Below, piece after piece: positions 27,000 to 40,573 of a stretch of DNA of 64,000 nt; the first letter of the stretch is position 1, and every line of letters begins with the position of its first letter. Made by a program: the position numbers and the translations under genes. The notes under the pieces were generated by a model. It had not been told where the DNA came from. It made no database searches and saw nothing but the letters and a program-made list of their open reading frames with translations. Source of the stretch: Lytechinus pictus (taxonomy: Eukaryota); the NCBI RefSeq assembly GCF_037042905.1, contig NC_087263.1, forward strand, positions 13,394,001 through 13,458,000, read 5' to 3'.

Positions 27000-27660
27000 T
27001 ATTCTTCCCTAACAGTGGTTTCCATCACCTGACATTGCTCCGTTACCAACACATGACTCACGAACCCACTCTTGCCCCTAATATGGTCATAAAAATCATC
27101 CCCTCCCCACTCCTGCGCTCCAGACATCTCTCTCCACGCGGCATTAATCTCGCTATTAAAAAGGATGAAATTTACCAATGAGAACAAAAGCGATGCGATG
27201 TGCTACATGAAAATAATAACGCTTGCGAAGCGTGAACAAATGAGTGAATGAACGCCGATGACTCGGCCAAGCCATGACCCGCCTCCCCCGTCTATGCACG
27301 TCTAGGGCTGGAGACGCGGCTCGCTTAGCGCGCGGCAAGACGGAACGACTTGATGATGTCATTAATAGTTCGCGCTCTCCGATATTCCGCGGGTAATTGA
27401 TGCGAGGGCGATTTCCATTTATTTATTCCCCCTCCTCCTTTTTCGCCTTGGAGACGAGGGATACTTTACATCGTCCATTCATCTCGGAAGCTGGATGTGA
27501 TGACTCAAGCCCGTATCACTGCCAAGCGTATTCTGAAGGAGGATAACGCGTGGACAATGGATGAATCATAGAGGGGGATTCCCTTTGTTCACGGCGGAGT
27601 TTCCTCGCCAGCCACGTGCTCCCTGCCCGCCAGGGGGAATTCCGTGAATCAGAGACCATC
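27000..27660. promoter_or_regulatory. Candidate enhancer: GC/CpG-richer island with NF-kB and AP-1 motifs
   Basis: GGGGATTCCC (27574), GGGGAATTCC (27634), GGAGTTTCC (27596), CACGTG (27613), TGACTCA (27054, 27501). No repeat structure or convincing ORF. Confidence 0.45.
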
Positions 27661-27839
27661 ACAATCAATCTATCGTAAGAAATGGTGTCACCCCTTCCCC
27701 TCTTTCTTCCCCCCTCTCTCTCTCTGCCTCTCTCGCCCTCTCCTCAACTCTTCTCTCTTATCTCAGTATACTCGATAAATGGATTTTTTTTTTCTTTGGG
27801 GGGGGGGGGGGGTTACATTATCTATACGAACATATTAAT

Positions 27840-28022
27840 AGGAGGCTGCACTCTACAATCCCCGCTTTTTAGCAGCCTCCTCCGTTCCCATCCTGCTTCT
27901 ATGATGATCTTGTTTTAATGTGCATATAAATCTTGTCTGTCCTATCGATTATCAAGATGTATGAAAAAACACAATTATTGTAAATGTTGAAATGGAAATA
28001 AACGAAATGAAATGAAATGAAC
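27840..28022 (+). mobile_element. 3' tail of a LINE (CR1/L2-like)
   Basis: Stem-loop GGAGGCTGC...GCAGCCTCC, then AATAAA and a (GAAAT)n tail. Confidence 0.45.
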
Positions 28023-28418
28023 AAATTATTGATGTAAATCACTACAGTAAACAGTAGATCTAACAACAAACTGACTTTCTAAGTCTAATTAGCTAGATTT
28101 TGCAAACGACCGCAATCAACAGGCCTGCTCATATACGATATAAATAAAATTAGATTTAAAAAAGTGCTAGATCTCATTTGTAATGACTAAGTAGGACCTT
28201 CGTGCCACATACACTATTCAGATCTTTAAAAAAAAATCTTAAATTGTTCCTTGCATGCCATACAGAAATTTAGCTGTCTATCGAAAATCACGTGTTGTTA
28301 TCTGAATTGCAAAATTGAAATTAGAGTAAGTTGTTGGGAAATGGATTCAGAGCACATTATGATCTGGAAAATGTATCTCAAAAGACAGCCCAAGAAGAGA
28401 TTGACTGGATACATTTCT

Positions 28419-28804
28419 CCTGGAAAGAACATAGTGTCCCCACAGTGTGTGCACAGTATGTACCACACTTTGTTCCACAGTGTGTTCACTGTGTCCCTGT
28501 GTGTCCCAGTGTGTTCCACAGTCTATTCACAGTGTGTTCCACAGTGCGTTCCACAGTATATTCACAGTGCGTTCCACAGTCTTTTCACAGTGTGTTTCAC
28601 AGTGCGTCACACAGTCTATTCACAGTGTGTTCACTGTGTGTCCCAGTGTGTTCCACAGTGTGATCCCAGTGTGGAAATCCATGTGAAATCTCCTTTCACA
28701 CTGTTTAACGTTAGCACGTCAACAGTGTGAAATTTTATCCACACTTGCAAGTTAAGAGTTTGGATCACATAATATACTGTGTGACACTATTCTTTCGAGC
28801 AGGG
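28419..28804. mobile_element. Non-autonomous element built on an ~11-bp CACAGTGTGTT minisatellite
   Basis: Imperfect terminal inverted repeats GAAAGAACATAGTGTCCCCACAG / CTGTGTGACACTATTCTTTCGAGCAGGG. Tandem CACAGT-based units at 28440-28670. Confidence 0.55.
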
Positions 28805-29816
28805 ATAAGAGTAACCTGTAAGGATTCAATGCATTCGTTTATTATGCTGTTATACGAAGAGGCGCGGGTTCTTCACTCATCCCGACTCTTCCGATAAATG
28901 AGCACATCATCCGTAATAATGGTTTCCAAGAACATCATAAACACGTAATCGTGACTGCATAAACATTGTCTAGACGAATCGCCAACGCATTTATACGTGT
29001 ACCTCTTAGAGACATTTACAAAGGTTAAAGATGTTTCCCAACCCCCCCCCCCAAAAAAAAAAAAAGATAGATAAGAACAATAAATAAAAAATAAAACAAG
29101 ATAACGAAAAGGTATAAATGAAAGTAGTAATAAAAATAGAAATATCCAAATAAAGAAATAAAGAAAGAAAGAAAAAAGAAGGAAAGAGGAAGAATTTGAT
29201 GTACAAATGTATGTTGTGTTCAATAATATTCGTATGGATAAAAAAACTTCCACGAAGAAGAAAAAAGATCAAATTGTTCAGACGCAATGTATTAAAGATT
29301 TATCCCGAGGTGGGTGAAGGTGAAATTGGTGTCACACATTGGTGACGAATATACGTAAATACGTAACTATACGCCAACACACACACACACCCCACGCCCA
29401 CAATTCAGCACTGTATTTAACATCTCACATATGTACATAATAGCCCTACAAACACACACATATCGGTGCACACTCATGCAGTGTCCTCTTGCTAATTCAC
29501 CCACACACACCAACCCACCTAATACCTCAAAACACCCTCCAATAACCCTCACTCACTCAACACATCTCACACACCCACACACTCACACACATAGTATCCT
29601 AGCACATGCGCATCTCCAAACAAACCTGGACACACACATCCTCACACACACACCCACACCCTCGTCCACACACCAACACACACACCCACACATAGAAATG
29701 TCTACTGTTCATTTTACCGATCAGAATTGGTACATTGAGTACTGGTAAATATAAAGCCATCAGTGATGGACTTTTTTCAAATGCGTTTCATTTCGCTGCA
29801 GGTTCATTCTTTTTAA

Positions 29817-30418
29817 AGGACAAGTCCACCCCAACAAAAACTTGATTCGAATAAAAAGAGAAAAATTCAACAAGCATAACACTGAAAATTTCATCAAAAT
29901 CGGATGTAAAATAAGAAAGTTATGACATTTAAAGTTTCGCTTCAATTCACAAAAGAGTTATATGCACATCCCGGTCGGTATGCAAATGAGGGAACTGATG
30001 ACATCACTCACTCACTATTTCTTTTGTATTTTATTATATGAATTATTAAATATTTTGATTTTCTCGTCATTGTCATGTGAAATGAAGTTTCATTCCTCCC
30101 TGAATACGTGGAATTCCATTATTTTAACATTTTGTGGTTCAGGCAAGGAGGTCCTAATCGTCAAATTCGTAAAAATTGAAATATTGTATAATTCAAACAA
30201 TAAAAAACAAAAGAAATAGTGAGTGAGTGACATCATCGACTCTCTAATTTGGATGTAACTGGCTCGTTCATATAACTATTTTGTTAAAAATAAGTGAAAC
30301 TTTAAAATGTCAGAACTTTCTTATTTTACATCCGATTTTGATGAAATTTTCAGCATTGTGCTTGTCTGATTTTTCTCTATTGATTCAAATCAACATTTTG
30401 TTGGAGTGGACTTGACCT
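29817..30418. mobile_element. TTAA-flanked MITE, Kolobok-like family A (opposite orientation to 8864-9470)
   Basis: TTAA|AGGACAAGTCCACCCC ... GAGTGGACTTGACCT|TTAA. Interior matches the reverse complement of the 8864 copy. Confidence 0.85.
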
Positions 30419-31718
30419 TTAAACAATGGAACATCAAAGTTTGTATTACTCCAAGTAAAATGATTTTGAATTAAACGTAGACTTGATAGAGACATGAAGA
30501 AGATTATGGGCACATCTACGAATACGGACTTTGCAATTTCTAGATGAAGTTATATTTGTTTTCAATTCAACTAGGCCTACAGCCATGGCCCTGGGAAGCG
30601 GGGGTGCTCCGAAAATTTCATAAGGGTTGCTGCATGTATTATTCTCCATAGGCAGCATCCCAAGGTATTCAGGAAGATACGTAAAAAGGAAAAGTGTAAC
30701 CAAATTGACCCTTATTTTGTAGTAAAACCCCTTTTTTTTTTGCTTTTCAAATTTCTCGGGACCAATTTGATATCAATTTTGTAGTGAAAACCTTTCAAAA
30801 TTTACATCGGCATCCTCACTCAAAAAATCTTTCCTTCTCTTTACTTTCTCCTCTTATACCCCCCTCCTTCCCACATCTTTATTTTTGTGCTTTTTCCATA
30901 TTTTATCGTCATAAGCAAAACATCCCTCCTAAGTAATTCTCACTCACCATAAATTGGCAGTGAGGCTCGCCAGGGTACATATAGTTGGTGGGGGGGGGGG
31001 GGGGGGGGGGGGTCAAGAAGGCATTTTTTTCTCAATTGAATTACAGGGTTAATAAAGAGTAACACGACCTTTGATTGTTTGTTTTCGTTCCTCTTCTGTT
31101 CTCTTCCCCATTGCCCTTTCTCTTCCCTATGTTTCATTTTTTATCACCATAAGTAAAAACACCCCCCTCAAACGATTAACACTCCCCATTCATCGACACA
31201 TAATACAACCCGACATCCTCTTCCTTTTGTATTGCCATGTTCAACATGGAGACACATTGACTGATCGTTTGGCGCCGATTGCAATCGATAGTGAAATGGC
31301 GCGTAAAGCTCTCAGATGGCGCGTAAATCTCCCGGACGGCACTCACATGCATGAATATTCAATATAGAACAGAGTGTTGTTTAAATGGCTCAATCTAACG
31401 CTGTATGTCATTATTATAACGATTTCGGATCGTGTCTCATTTACAGAGTAAACTCAAAACTAAACAATCCACGTATAGCTTGGTTACAAAATGGTTTACT
31501 TATATAAACTTACAGTTAGAAGTTTAAAGAAAGTTTAAGGAACCTTTCAAACAGATCAGATCAGTCCTCCACAGTGTTTTACTGTGTGCAATTATACTGT
31601 GACCACACATCATTCCTTATCGATAAATACCGTCATGTACAAATTTGAATCGGGTGACGTCATAACCGGACGTTTGTATATCTATGATACCAATGGAGAC
31701 GTTTTATAAAAAGTGATA

Positions 31719-31749
<31 letters not shown>

Positions 31750-31799
31750 GGGGGGGGGGGGGGGGCTATCATGATACCTCAATAATGTGAACAACTTGT

Positions 31800-32258
31800 T
31801 AACTCTCACACTGTCGAGGTGTCCACAGCGTAGTATTATCTTCAGACTATTCAATGTGAGCACTTTAACAGTGTTAACCACGTATTCACATAGTCCACAT
31901 TGTGAACACACTGTAAGCGCACAATGAACACACTGTTAGACACACTATGAATACACTGTGAACACATTGTTAGCCACTGTGTTCAAACTGTACCTGTAAA
32001 CACACTATGAATACACTCTGAGCACACTGTAGACACACTATGAACACACTGTGAATACACTTTTAACACACTGTAAACACTATGAATACAATGTGAAATA
32101 CTGTATATACATTGTAGACACTATGAACACACTATGCAAACACTATGAGCACACTGTAAACACACTGTGAAGACGCTTTCATATATTTCACATATTTTGT
32201 ATTTATTATACTATGAAAATTTTAACTTTTCCTGAAAACGGATTTCCTTTTCTACGGG
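31800..32258. repeat. AACACACTGTG-type minisatellite (reverse-complement relative of 28440-28670)
   Basis: Degenerate ~11-bp units AACACACTGT/AACACACTAT from about 31900 to 32170. Confidence 0.6.
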
Positions 32259-32530
32259 AAGCACATTATAAATATGTGAAATATAACTAAAGCAATCAAA
32301 TGCAAAGTTGAACTGTAACTATTTTCTTTGACCAAGTTGTTTATTCAGATTCCCTTGAATTTAAAATGTTATCTCTTTTTTTTTTCGTTTTCGCTCCAAG
32401 CAAAGCCGTTTTCGTCTCATCTGTGACTTTGGCTTCGATCTGTCGAAAAAAAAATCGATTCATCAGCCATTTTGCCTCAGCCACATCATGAACCTACTAA
32501 ATGGTCACACCAATGAATCAACTCAAGAGT

Positions 32531-32797
32531 GGGTGCGTTGTGGTCTAGTGGTTCTGACTCTCGCCTTTGAAACAGAGGGTAGTGGGTTTGAATCGTAGCC
32601 ATGGTGTGTTTTCCTTCAGCAAGAAATGTATCCACACTGTGCTGCACTTGACCGAGGTGAGGTGAATGGGTACCCGGCATGAGTAATTCCTTGCATGCAT
32701 TGAGCGCTGGTGATGGTAGCTCGAGCTAAAGCCGCGCTAGTAGAAGCGCTTTCTATCCAATGGCAAAAAGCGCTTTGTAAATCCAGCTATTATTATT
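32531..32797 (+). mobile_element. tRNA-derived SINE
   Basis: Pol III A box TGGTCTAGTGG, degenerate B box GGTTTGAATCG, shared body TTTTCCTTCAGCAAGAAA...TGCTGCACT..ACC.AGGTGAG, and (TAT)n tail. Related copies at 34763 and 57105. Confidence 0.85.
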
Positions 32798-34117
32798 AAT
32801 TCGATAGAACGTTATTTTGAGTCATGCAATATCCATCGGTCGTAAGACGTTCTCGTTGTGATAGGGGCTTCATCGGACAAAACGTTTTTGAGGCTTTACG
32901 AACAATAACCGATCAAATATATAAAGTACTAATTAAGTGTTTGTACCGTCATTATTTTTATAAAATGATAATCTTTCATGTGTCGGAAAGTTTTAAATGG
33001 AAAAGCATGTCAATTTGTCGTTAATATAGCCTGAGAAACTAAAGACCAATTATTATTGTAAAAAAAGGTCGGATCCTTGGAGGAAAAATGTGCCCTTCTG
33101 CTATATTTTGCACCTGGAGTGCTCGTTCGCCCCCGAAAAGAAGCAAAGTGGCTCCCGAAGAAAAAAATATAATAGAGAGAGAGTGTGTGGGGGTGGGGGT
33201 TGTGATAAAGAAACGGAGGAGAGATGGAGGGAGAAAAAGAGAGGCATAAAAATTGACAAAAATGATGAAATAAATAGACACACAGCCATAATTATTTTCA
33301 GGTACAGTCATACCCTCACACTCACAGCGGTGAAGGGGGGGGGGGGGGGGGGAGTAAATCACGCATATGGGAAGGACGCAAAACATTGAACAGGTAGGAA
33401 CCTAAACCTTTCCGCTCAAAGAAGGCAAGCAATGCGGTAAAATTACAACTCCACAAATCGATCCCGCGAAACCGAAGACACAAAGGTTTACGCTGAGAAA
33501 TCAAAACCCGACATTCTAACAAGGAAATGAAATCGTTCGTTCTTGGCAGGTAACTTTAAGGAGGACAACGGTCGATTTTAAACAGATTGTGTAACGCCAA
33601 GGGCGAAAGCAATTCGAATCAAGAATGGGTGACGATTTACAAAAGTCCTTAAAAGTTGTTGGACATATTATGTTCCCATTTCGCTCTTAAGATCAGATAA
33701 CGGAGATTATTTAGGTGAATCATCGGAACAATTCATTCCAAAATCATTTCAAAAGCCCAAATATTAGACAATAAAAAAAGGAGAGAGAAGGAAGCAAGTA
33801 AAGAAATGAACACTGATGAATGAAAGTAAGCTGAGAAGGGCCCAGAGGAGACGTAACACGAAGAAAAGAAGTGTGTGGTTTTTCAAAGATGATACGCGAT
33901 TACAAAACTAAAGAGAAACTCGAGAGTTGTCAGCTTGAGTCTCTAAAGTGATCAAAGGAATAACATGGACTTGAATTATATTTAATCATATTTTCATGCT
34001 TTTTTGTACATCGTAGAAATGGTGTCAACTCTCATCGTGTGGCAACTTTATCATTGATATAAGTTTTATCCGTTCAGTATTTTGTATTCTATCATTTACC
34101 GATTAATATATTTTTTA

Positions 34118-34335
34118 GGGTGACCAAACTTAACAAGCATACTGCTTTCATGGGCATCCAATTTTCCTGATATATATATATATATACATATAATGAACTG
34201 TTGTGTATTTTTTTAAAGTATGTGTATGATACGTCATATGTATAATGTCTCATTTTTATACTTTGTAATGTTTGTTTGTATATTCTTGACTTTGTATATT
34301 CTTAATGGAAAATAAATGAAATCAATCAAATCAAA
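34118..34335 (+). mobile_element. 3' tail of a LINE (CR1/L2-like)
   Basis: GGGTGACC...AAGCATACTGCTTT...GGGCATCC hairpin, then AATAAA with an (AATCA)n tail. Confidence 0.4.
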
Positions 34336-34387
34336 ATGTTTGGTGCTCAAAGAGGAAATTTGCCCACAAAGATATTGAGTTTCCATG

Positions 34388-34742
34388 ATTATCATCATCC
34401 CCCTTCTGATACCACCACTACCACCACCACCACTATTATCATCATCATCATCATCTTCATCACCAAAATTATCATCATCATCGTCAACATCATCATCATC
34501 ATCACTATAATCATAATCAGCATCATTATCATCACCAAAATCATCATCAATAGCAACATATCATTATCACCCTCACCATCATCGCCGTCGACATTTCTAC
34601 CATCAAATTTACCAGGGATTTGGAAGGTAGCACACACCGCCAGACCCTCCGCAGATCTCCCGATTACATAAATTACAGCGATGATCACTATTATCAATAG
34701 CATCATTATCATCATCAACATTCTCATCCTCATCATCATGAT
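34388..34742. repeat. (CAT/CAC)n degenerate trinucleotide microsatellite
   Basis: Runs of ATC/ACC triplets. Similar tracts at 35200-35280, 36275-36430 and (TAT/CAT) 37035-37165. Confidence 0.9.
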
Positions 34743-34762
34743 GTGGGGTATTGAGGTATCCA

Positions 34763-35220
34763 GGGGCCCCGTGGTCTAGTGGTTCCGTCTCTTGTCTCTC
34801 AATCTGAGGGGCGTGAGTTCGATTCCAAGGCATGTCGCGTTTTCCTTCAGCAAAAAATGTACCCACATTTTGCTGCACTCAACCCAGGTGAGATAAATGT
34901 TTACCTGTATGAAGAAATTCCTTGAATGCTCCAGCACTAAGGTAGCCCAACTAAATCTGGGGTAATGATAGTAGCAGGGCCTTCTGTGAGAACAGGGGAG
35001 CCTTTCATGAAAGGACTTGTCGGACGTTTTATCCGACAATTCCTGTTTTATCCGACAGTTACCATAGTAACAGTGCCTCACAGCCAATCAAAATCAAGGA
35101 AAGATGTCAGATCTGACAACTTGTCGGACAAAAATCTTGATGAAACACTCCCAAGATTTCGAAAGTGAGGTTGCTACCCTGGGTAACTATGCTGATATCA
35201 TTATCATTATTTATTACTAT
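34763..35220 (+). mobile_element. tRNA-derived SINE interrupted by a small MITE (about 34996-35152)
   Basis: A box TGGTCTAGTGG, B box GAGTTCGATTCC, same body as the 32531 copy. The insert has TIRs GGGAGCCTTTCATGAA / TTGATGAAACACTCCC and is absent from the second SINE-tail copy at 36211-36300. Confidence 0.8.
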
Positions 35221-35280
35221 CATCATCACCATCATCATCGTCGTCGTCACCATCATCATTATCACCACATTATCACCCAC

Positions 35281-36205
35281 ACTCTGGCAATCTCAAGATA
35301 TGACGTCGCTGGTTGATTCATGCACGTGATAAATCCTTCCCAACTTAACTGCAAACATGCGCACATGGTGAGAATATTGAAATGATTCTGATTGGCTGGT
35401 TTGCGAAGTCACGTATTCCAAAAGTGAGTGGTCATCTTCGTTCTCTCGCCGCACTATCAGCCTAAGATATGAACTCATTGATTGGTTGATTCTTGAGATC
35501 ATGTGGTTTGTTTGGTACAAGCTCTGCACCATTGAGTCACCATTGATGAATGGTAAAGTTGCATCCTTTATTCGCAACTACGCCCATTTTCCATACCAAA
35601 CCATTTGAAATTCGTCATCAGCATATCAGATTAAATGAATGCTGGGTAATTGTCTATCTTATTTAAAAAAAATTACGAGGCATGTATTGACTTTATTCTA
35701 CATCAAAAATATTTGGTCTTAGGGGTTGCCATGATTGGTATAGTTGATATTCAGTCTTGACTGAATATTAGTTAAGTTAATTAGCTTTAGTTATGAAATG
35801 GAAAGATTTAATCCCATCTTTTTGCTATCATCTTCTCTTTTCATGTTTTAGAAATGTCAAAGACCAGGTGGTTTTTCATCAAATGGAAAAACATTCTCCG
35901 AAACATCATAAACTAGCAGCTAGCAGTTTTAAATATTAAGGCATTAAATATATTAAGAAGTTTCTTAATTTTAAGGTAATTGTTAGTAACTTGAAATTGC
36001 GAATCGCCAAGGACCCTCGAGTGCCATGGATATATATAATATCGGTTATATTTCATTGCAATGCCCTAATTTCTTATCATGCCTATAGAAGATAAATGTT
36101 CGTGAACGTAATTTTCATCTCTTGAATGATTTTAATAATAAACAATTTTGGAATCAAACATCAACAAATAAAAATACAAAGAAAACCAGAGACAAAAGGT
36201 ACATG
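35281..36205 (+). repeat. Dispersed duplicated block, copy 2 (central ~600 bp of copy 1 replaced by ~140 bp)
   Basis: Shared strings include GGCAATCTCAAGA, TAAGATATGAACTCATTGATTGGTTGATTC, GTTGCATCCTTTATTCGCAACTACGCCCATTTTCCATACCAAACCA and CTCGAGTGCCATGGATATA. Confidence 0.9.
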
Positions 36206-36295
36206 TCAAAGCAGGGCCTTCTGTGTGAGCAGATTTCGGAAGTGAGGTGGCTACCCTGGGTAACTATGCTGGCATCATTATCATTATTTATTACT

Positions 36296-36332
<37 letters not shown>

Positions 36333-39300
36333 CCATCATCATCATCGTCGTCATCATCATTATCACCACCACCATAATGATCACCAACTCTACCCCCTTC
36401 GATTACCACCACCATCATTAACATCATCACCACTACCGTTTGATTAGTTTGCATTCTCGTCACATTGATATCAACGAAAACAGCTTTCACCTTTTCTCAT
36501 TACCAACTATTAATGACACCACATATCGAAATCATACAAATCGCCTCGACAACGGAAATGTCATCTTTGTCTGTCGTGCAATATTTCGATTTCATGAGGT
36601 GAACTCATGTGAACAAAATGGCCACGTCATTCAATTTTTCCTATACATTTTACAAACTATTCTCTCACTTTTTTCTTCGATATTAAAACAGGAACAACCG
36701 GAGCGTGTGATAAATTACAACCACTTAAGACGGCGGGCGGGTTGCCGCGCCAACAAAGGCATTTCCCGATGACTCAGAAAAATATTGCATCTCGTTCGAT
36801 GGAATCTTTTGTCATGCTAATTTCTGGTCAGAAACCATTCAATATGATTGTCATACGGTGAATGACCAGTCTGCCATCTCTCTCTCCACTTCCCTTCCAA
36901 TCTCTATACCTTTCTGTATCTCCTCTTCCTCTATTCCCCGTATTTTATCTTTTCAACCATCCTCTTCATGTCACCTTCAGACTGCATGACACCGTAAGTC
37001 CCACCTCTTTCATAATATCTTTAGTAATGATTTATCGTCATCATCATTATTATCATTGTTGTTATTATTATTCTTACTATTATTATTATCATTATCATTA
37101 TTACTATTGTTATCATTATTATTATCATTGTGACCATTATCACTGTTATAATTATTATTATCAATATCTAGAGGAAATAATCGTCAAAAGAAACTAACGT
37201 TTTCTCATAACACTGATTGTCGAATATGCTAGCTGCGTAATATTTGATAAACTGCGTTTAATTATGTATCGACTAAGCGGCAGAAAGAATATGATCCCTA
37301 ACATCGAAGTTTCCATCAATAACCATTAACACTACTTGTTTTTGTTTTTTGTTTTACTTTTTAAATCTTGGCTTTCAATCTATGCTAAGTTGTTACAATA
37401 TACCTTTTAACTCTTCGAGTTGGGGCAAGTTTTCAAATGAATTGCATAAGCGAATGAGGTAAACATGGTTCAAGTCGAAGTACCTCTTTAAAAAGGTAAG
37501 ATTTTGAAGTAATCATACAATATATTACATCTTCCTCGTTGTTTCATGCTGTGGACGTGGACGTGGAAGAAATGCATGTAATTGAGACATGAAAGCATAC
37601 TAGTACTCTTGTAGGCTTGTTATCTAATCATAATTGGGATTAAAGATATTTTTTAATGGTGTCGCTTGCATCATGGGCGTAAATCCGTGGCGTCGTATTC
37701 CTGTGAAGTGGGGGGGGGGGGGGGGGGTGGAACAATAGTTCACCCCCTGAACAATATGTTCGCCCCTTGGGCTTACATGAAATATCTTGACTGCGAGAGT
37801 AGAGAGAGACCCCCCCCCCCACGACTCACAAGCATGATCGTGGTTGTTCGTATTGCTCTTCTCAATGATCGTCGATAGATGGCGCTCGGCTCCCAATACG
37901 AACTGATCCATTAAGGTCTCACACGCGTACTTGCAACAAGTAGGCAAAGGTATTCATTCAACCAAATTTATTCATTTTTTTGTAAAAGAAGTAGCTGATT
38001 GACAAAGGTGTGTGGATAATGATTCACTATCTAACACTGCTTCTAGGAAGGGCAATCACTGAACTTCCTTTGCCCGAATGGGGAAGAAATATCATTTATC
38101 TTATTAAACTACTTGAGCGGAGGAAGAATTGGGGCTATTTTACTACTTAATGCGATGAATGAGAGCTCGTCATGAATCTCCATCATACAGATTAACGTAT
38201 ATATATCTTTAATAAAGTGAAGCGGTTAACATACTATTTGTTGATCAGATATAACGTTTCAGATGATTTGTTTATGTCTCCTGGTAGTACCCATCCCCCT
38301 TATTCAATCCTTGTTTTTTACCGCTACGATAACTCGCGTGTCTATGAAGGGAGGGGGGGGGGGGTAATAATAATTACAAGGATGACACCTTAACCTATTC
38401 CGTGTTACCCATACTAGCTCCCGAAATACGAAACAAGATATCAACATAAAAAGAGAAATGCAGGATAAAATCAGGGGGGGTGGGCGGAAAACTAATTTGA
38501 CGCCGCCCCATATAAAGATGGACAGTATTAAAAGGATACACGTCGTAGTTTTATCTTTTTTAATACTAACCCGCCCCTCCAGCATTCCATGTTGATACAC
38601 AACTGTATGATATATCTTTACTTCCATAAATTAAAGAAAATTTTCATTTTTGCACATTTTAATACTTTGCTCATCTTTATGTAACGGAAAATGGTATTAC
38701 AATTGTAACGATTCAAATCAAAATATTTTTTTATTAAATGTTAACACAAATTTAATTGTATAACCTTTCAAAAGGTTGCCAAGGTTCTTAGAATATACCT
38801 ATTTTAATGAGAAAGGTTACAACACATCCGCTAACGTCTTCCTATAGAGTTTGTCCCACAAAAAAAAAACTGTGTTTTAGGGATAGATTTTAAAATAAAT
38901 GATTATGTTTGTACAATCAATTTGACCCTTGTGGTAAGAGTGGAATCTCTTCTTTAATTTCAGATCAACAGACATAAATATAACGGCTAATGTCCTTTTG
39001 TAAAGTGGGAACAATCTGAACTAATGGCTTTTCAGTATTATAGTAAATATGATTTTAGGGATTCAATAAACTTAATATTAAGCTCCTCATCATGTATACC
39101 AGTAAATTGAAGTTGATTACCTTGATATAATTTGAAGCGTGATTTTTAGTAGACTTTTGGGGGATATGTAATCTGCCTTGATGGGTTTTAAGTCCCTTGC
39201 TTTGGGAATAAGAGTGTAGAAAGGACGCGCACATGATATTCTAAAGGCCATGTTTACCACTCTAAGGAAAAATAATCTCCATATCCGGGTCTAAGTCTGT

Positions 39301-40114
39301 CAAAGTTACCCTCATAAAAATGACAAGATGTAGATGTGACAATTGCTTAGGAAGAAGAAAACAAACATCTCCAGTATTTTTCGTTATGACGTTATTACAT
39401 TTCATGCTTAATTTCATTCTTGTTTCTTTACACATAGCATGGCTTAAATGAGTGAAAAAAAATAGTATCAAGCCTATTTCATGCGGTTCACGGCTACATA
39501 AAGCATATATCGCGAGATGCTCTAGGTGTGTTTGGGTGTGTGTGGGAAAGGGTGGGTGGCTGGCTGCGTGGTGTGTGTTTTTGTGGAGGTTGAGGATAGA
39601 ACAAAATACAGATTATAGGGTCAAACATCCATTTATATCCTTAATAATTAATGCGTCATACAACAAATAAATATGCTCCTTCAAACTCTTCCATGTCCTG
39701 TTTTGTAGAGTTTAATTTTCGAACTTCAAATGAAAATGAGTCAATGCACTCCATCTCTGCGATCATGTTCGAAAGCTTCAGAAATTCGAAATGCAAAACC
39801 AGCTTTTTCGACATCGCATTAATGTCAGTATAAGACTTTTTCATGCATCAGCACAATGGCAAGGTTATGGTTGCGAAGTTCCTGTCCTCAGTTTCAGCTC
39901 CAGTAATAAATTTCTTGAAAGACCATCCGAATTAGTTCAGCGCATCGATATATGAAAAACAATATCTGGATAGAGTTCGTGGTATTCTGCCGCACACACG
40001 ACCTTGACGCAACAGGAAAAGTACTCCATGACTCCATTAACTGTACATGGGACCATACACGTGAGAAAAAAACACACACGTACTTTAGGTGCTTCCGGTG
40101 GCCTCAAAGGAGTG

Positions 40115-40522
40115 ATAAATTGCCAATTCGTCTACTGCCAACTCGTCCATTCACCAAATAGTCTTCTATCATTTTAGTATAATGCTATTCCGTCCATCAA
40201 CATTTCGTCTTACCACCATTTGGTCCAATAATCATTAATTTTGGTCTAATCATCCCTTCGTCAAATCACCATTTTGTCTATGATCATTTTGTCTCATAAC
40301 CAGTTGGTATACTGCCATTTCATTATCATTCATTTTGCACAACTTAACACTTAGTCCAATTGGGCAAAATGAACATGGACTAAATGGCTCTTGGACCAAG
40401 TGGTTATTAGACGGAATGGCATTAGACAAATGAAAGTAGACCATGTGGTGAGTGGACCAACTGATGGTAGACCAAATTACAGCAGACTAGTTGGCATTTA
40501 GACAGACGAATTGGAAATAAAC
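40115..40522. mobile_element. Foldback-type MITE made of short (~15-bp) GTCTA/TAGAC subrepeats
   Basis: Left arm TTGCCAATTCGTCTACTGCCAACTCGTC is inverted to right arm GACTAGTTGGCA...AGACGAATTGGAAA. Subrepeats switch orientation near 40350. Confidence 0.7.
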
Positions 40523-40573
40523 TAAAGGAGAGCGTCGTTGCTCTATCAATTTTTTTTTCTTCATTTCGATGAT

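Noticed and set aside
28251..28730. Cys/Ser/Val-rich overlapping ORFs
   Set aside because: They arise from the 11-bp CACAGT minisatellite.
34336..37197. Poly-Ile, poly-Met, poly-His, poly-Asp and Tyr-rich ORFs
   Set aside because: These are translations of (CAT)n and (TAT)n microsatellites.
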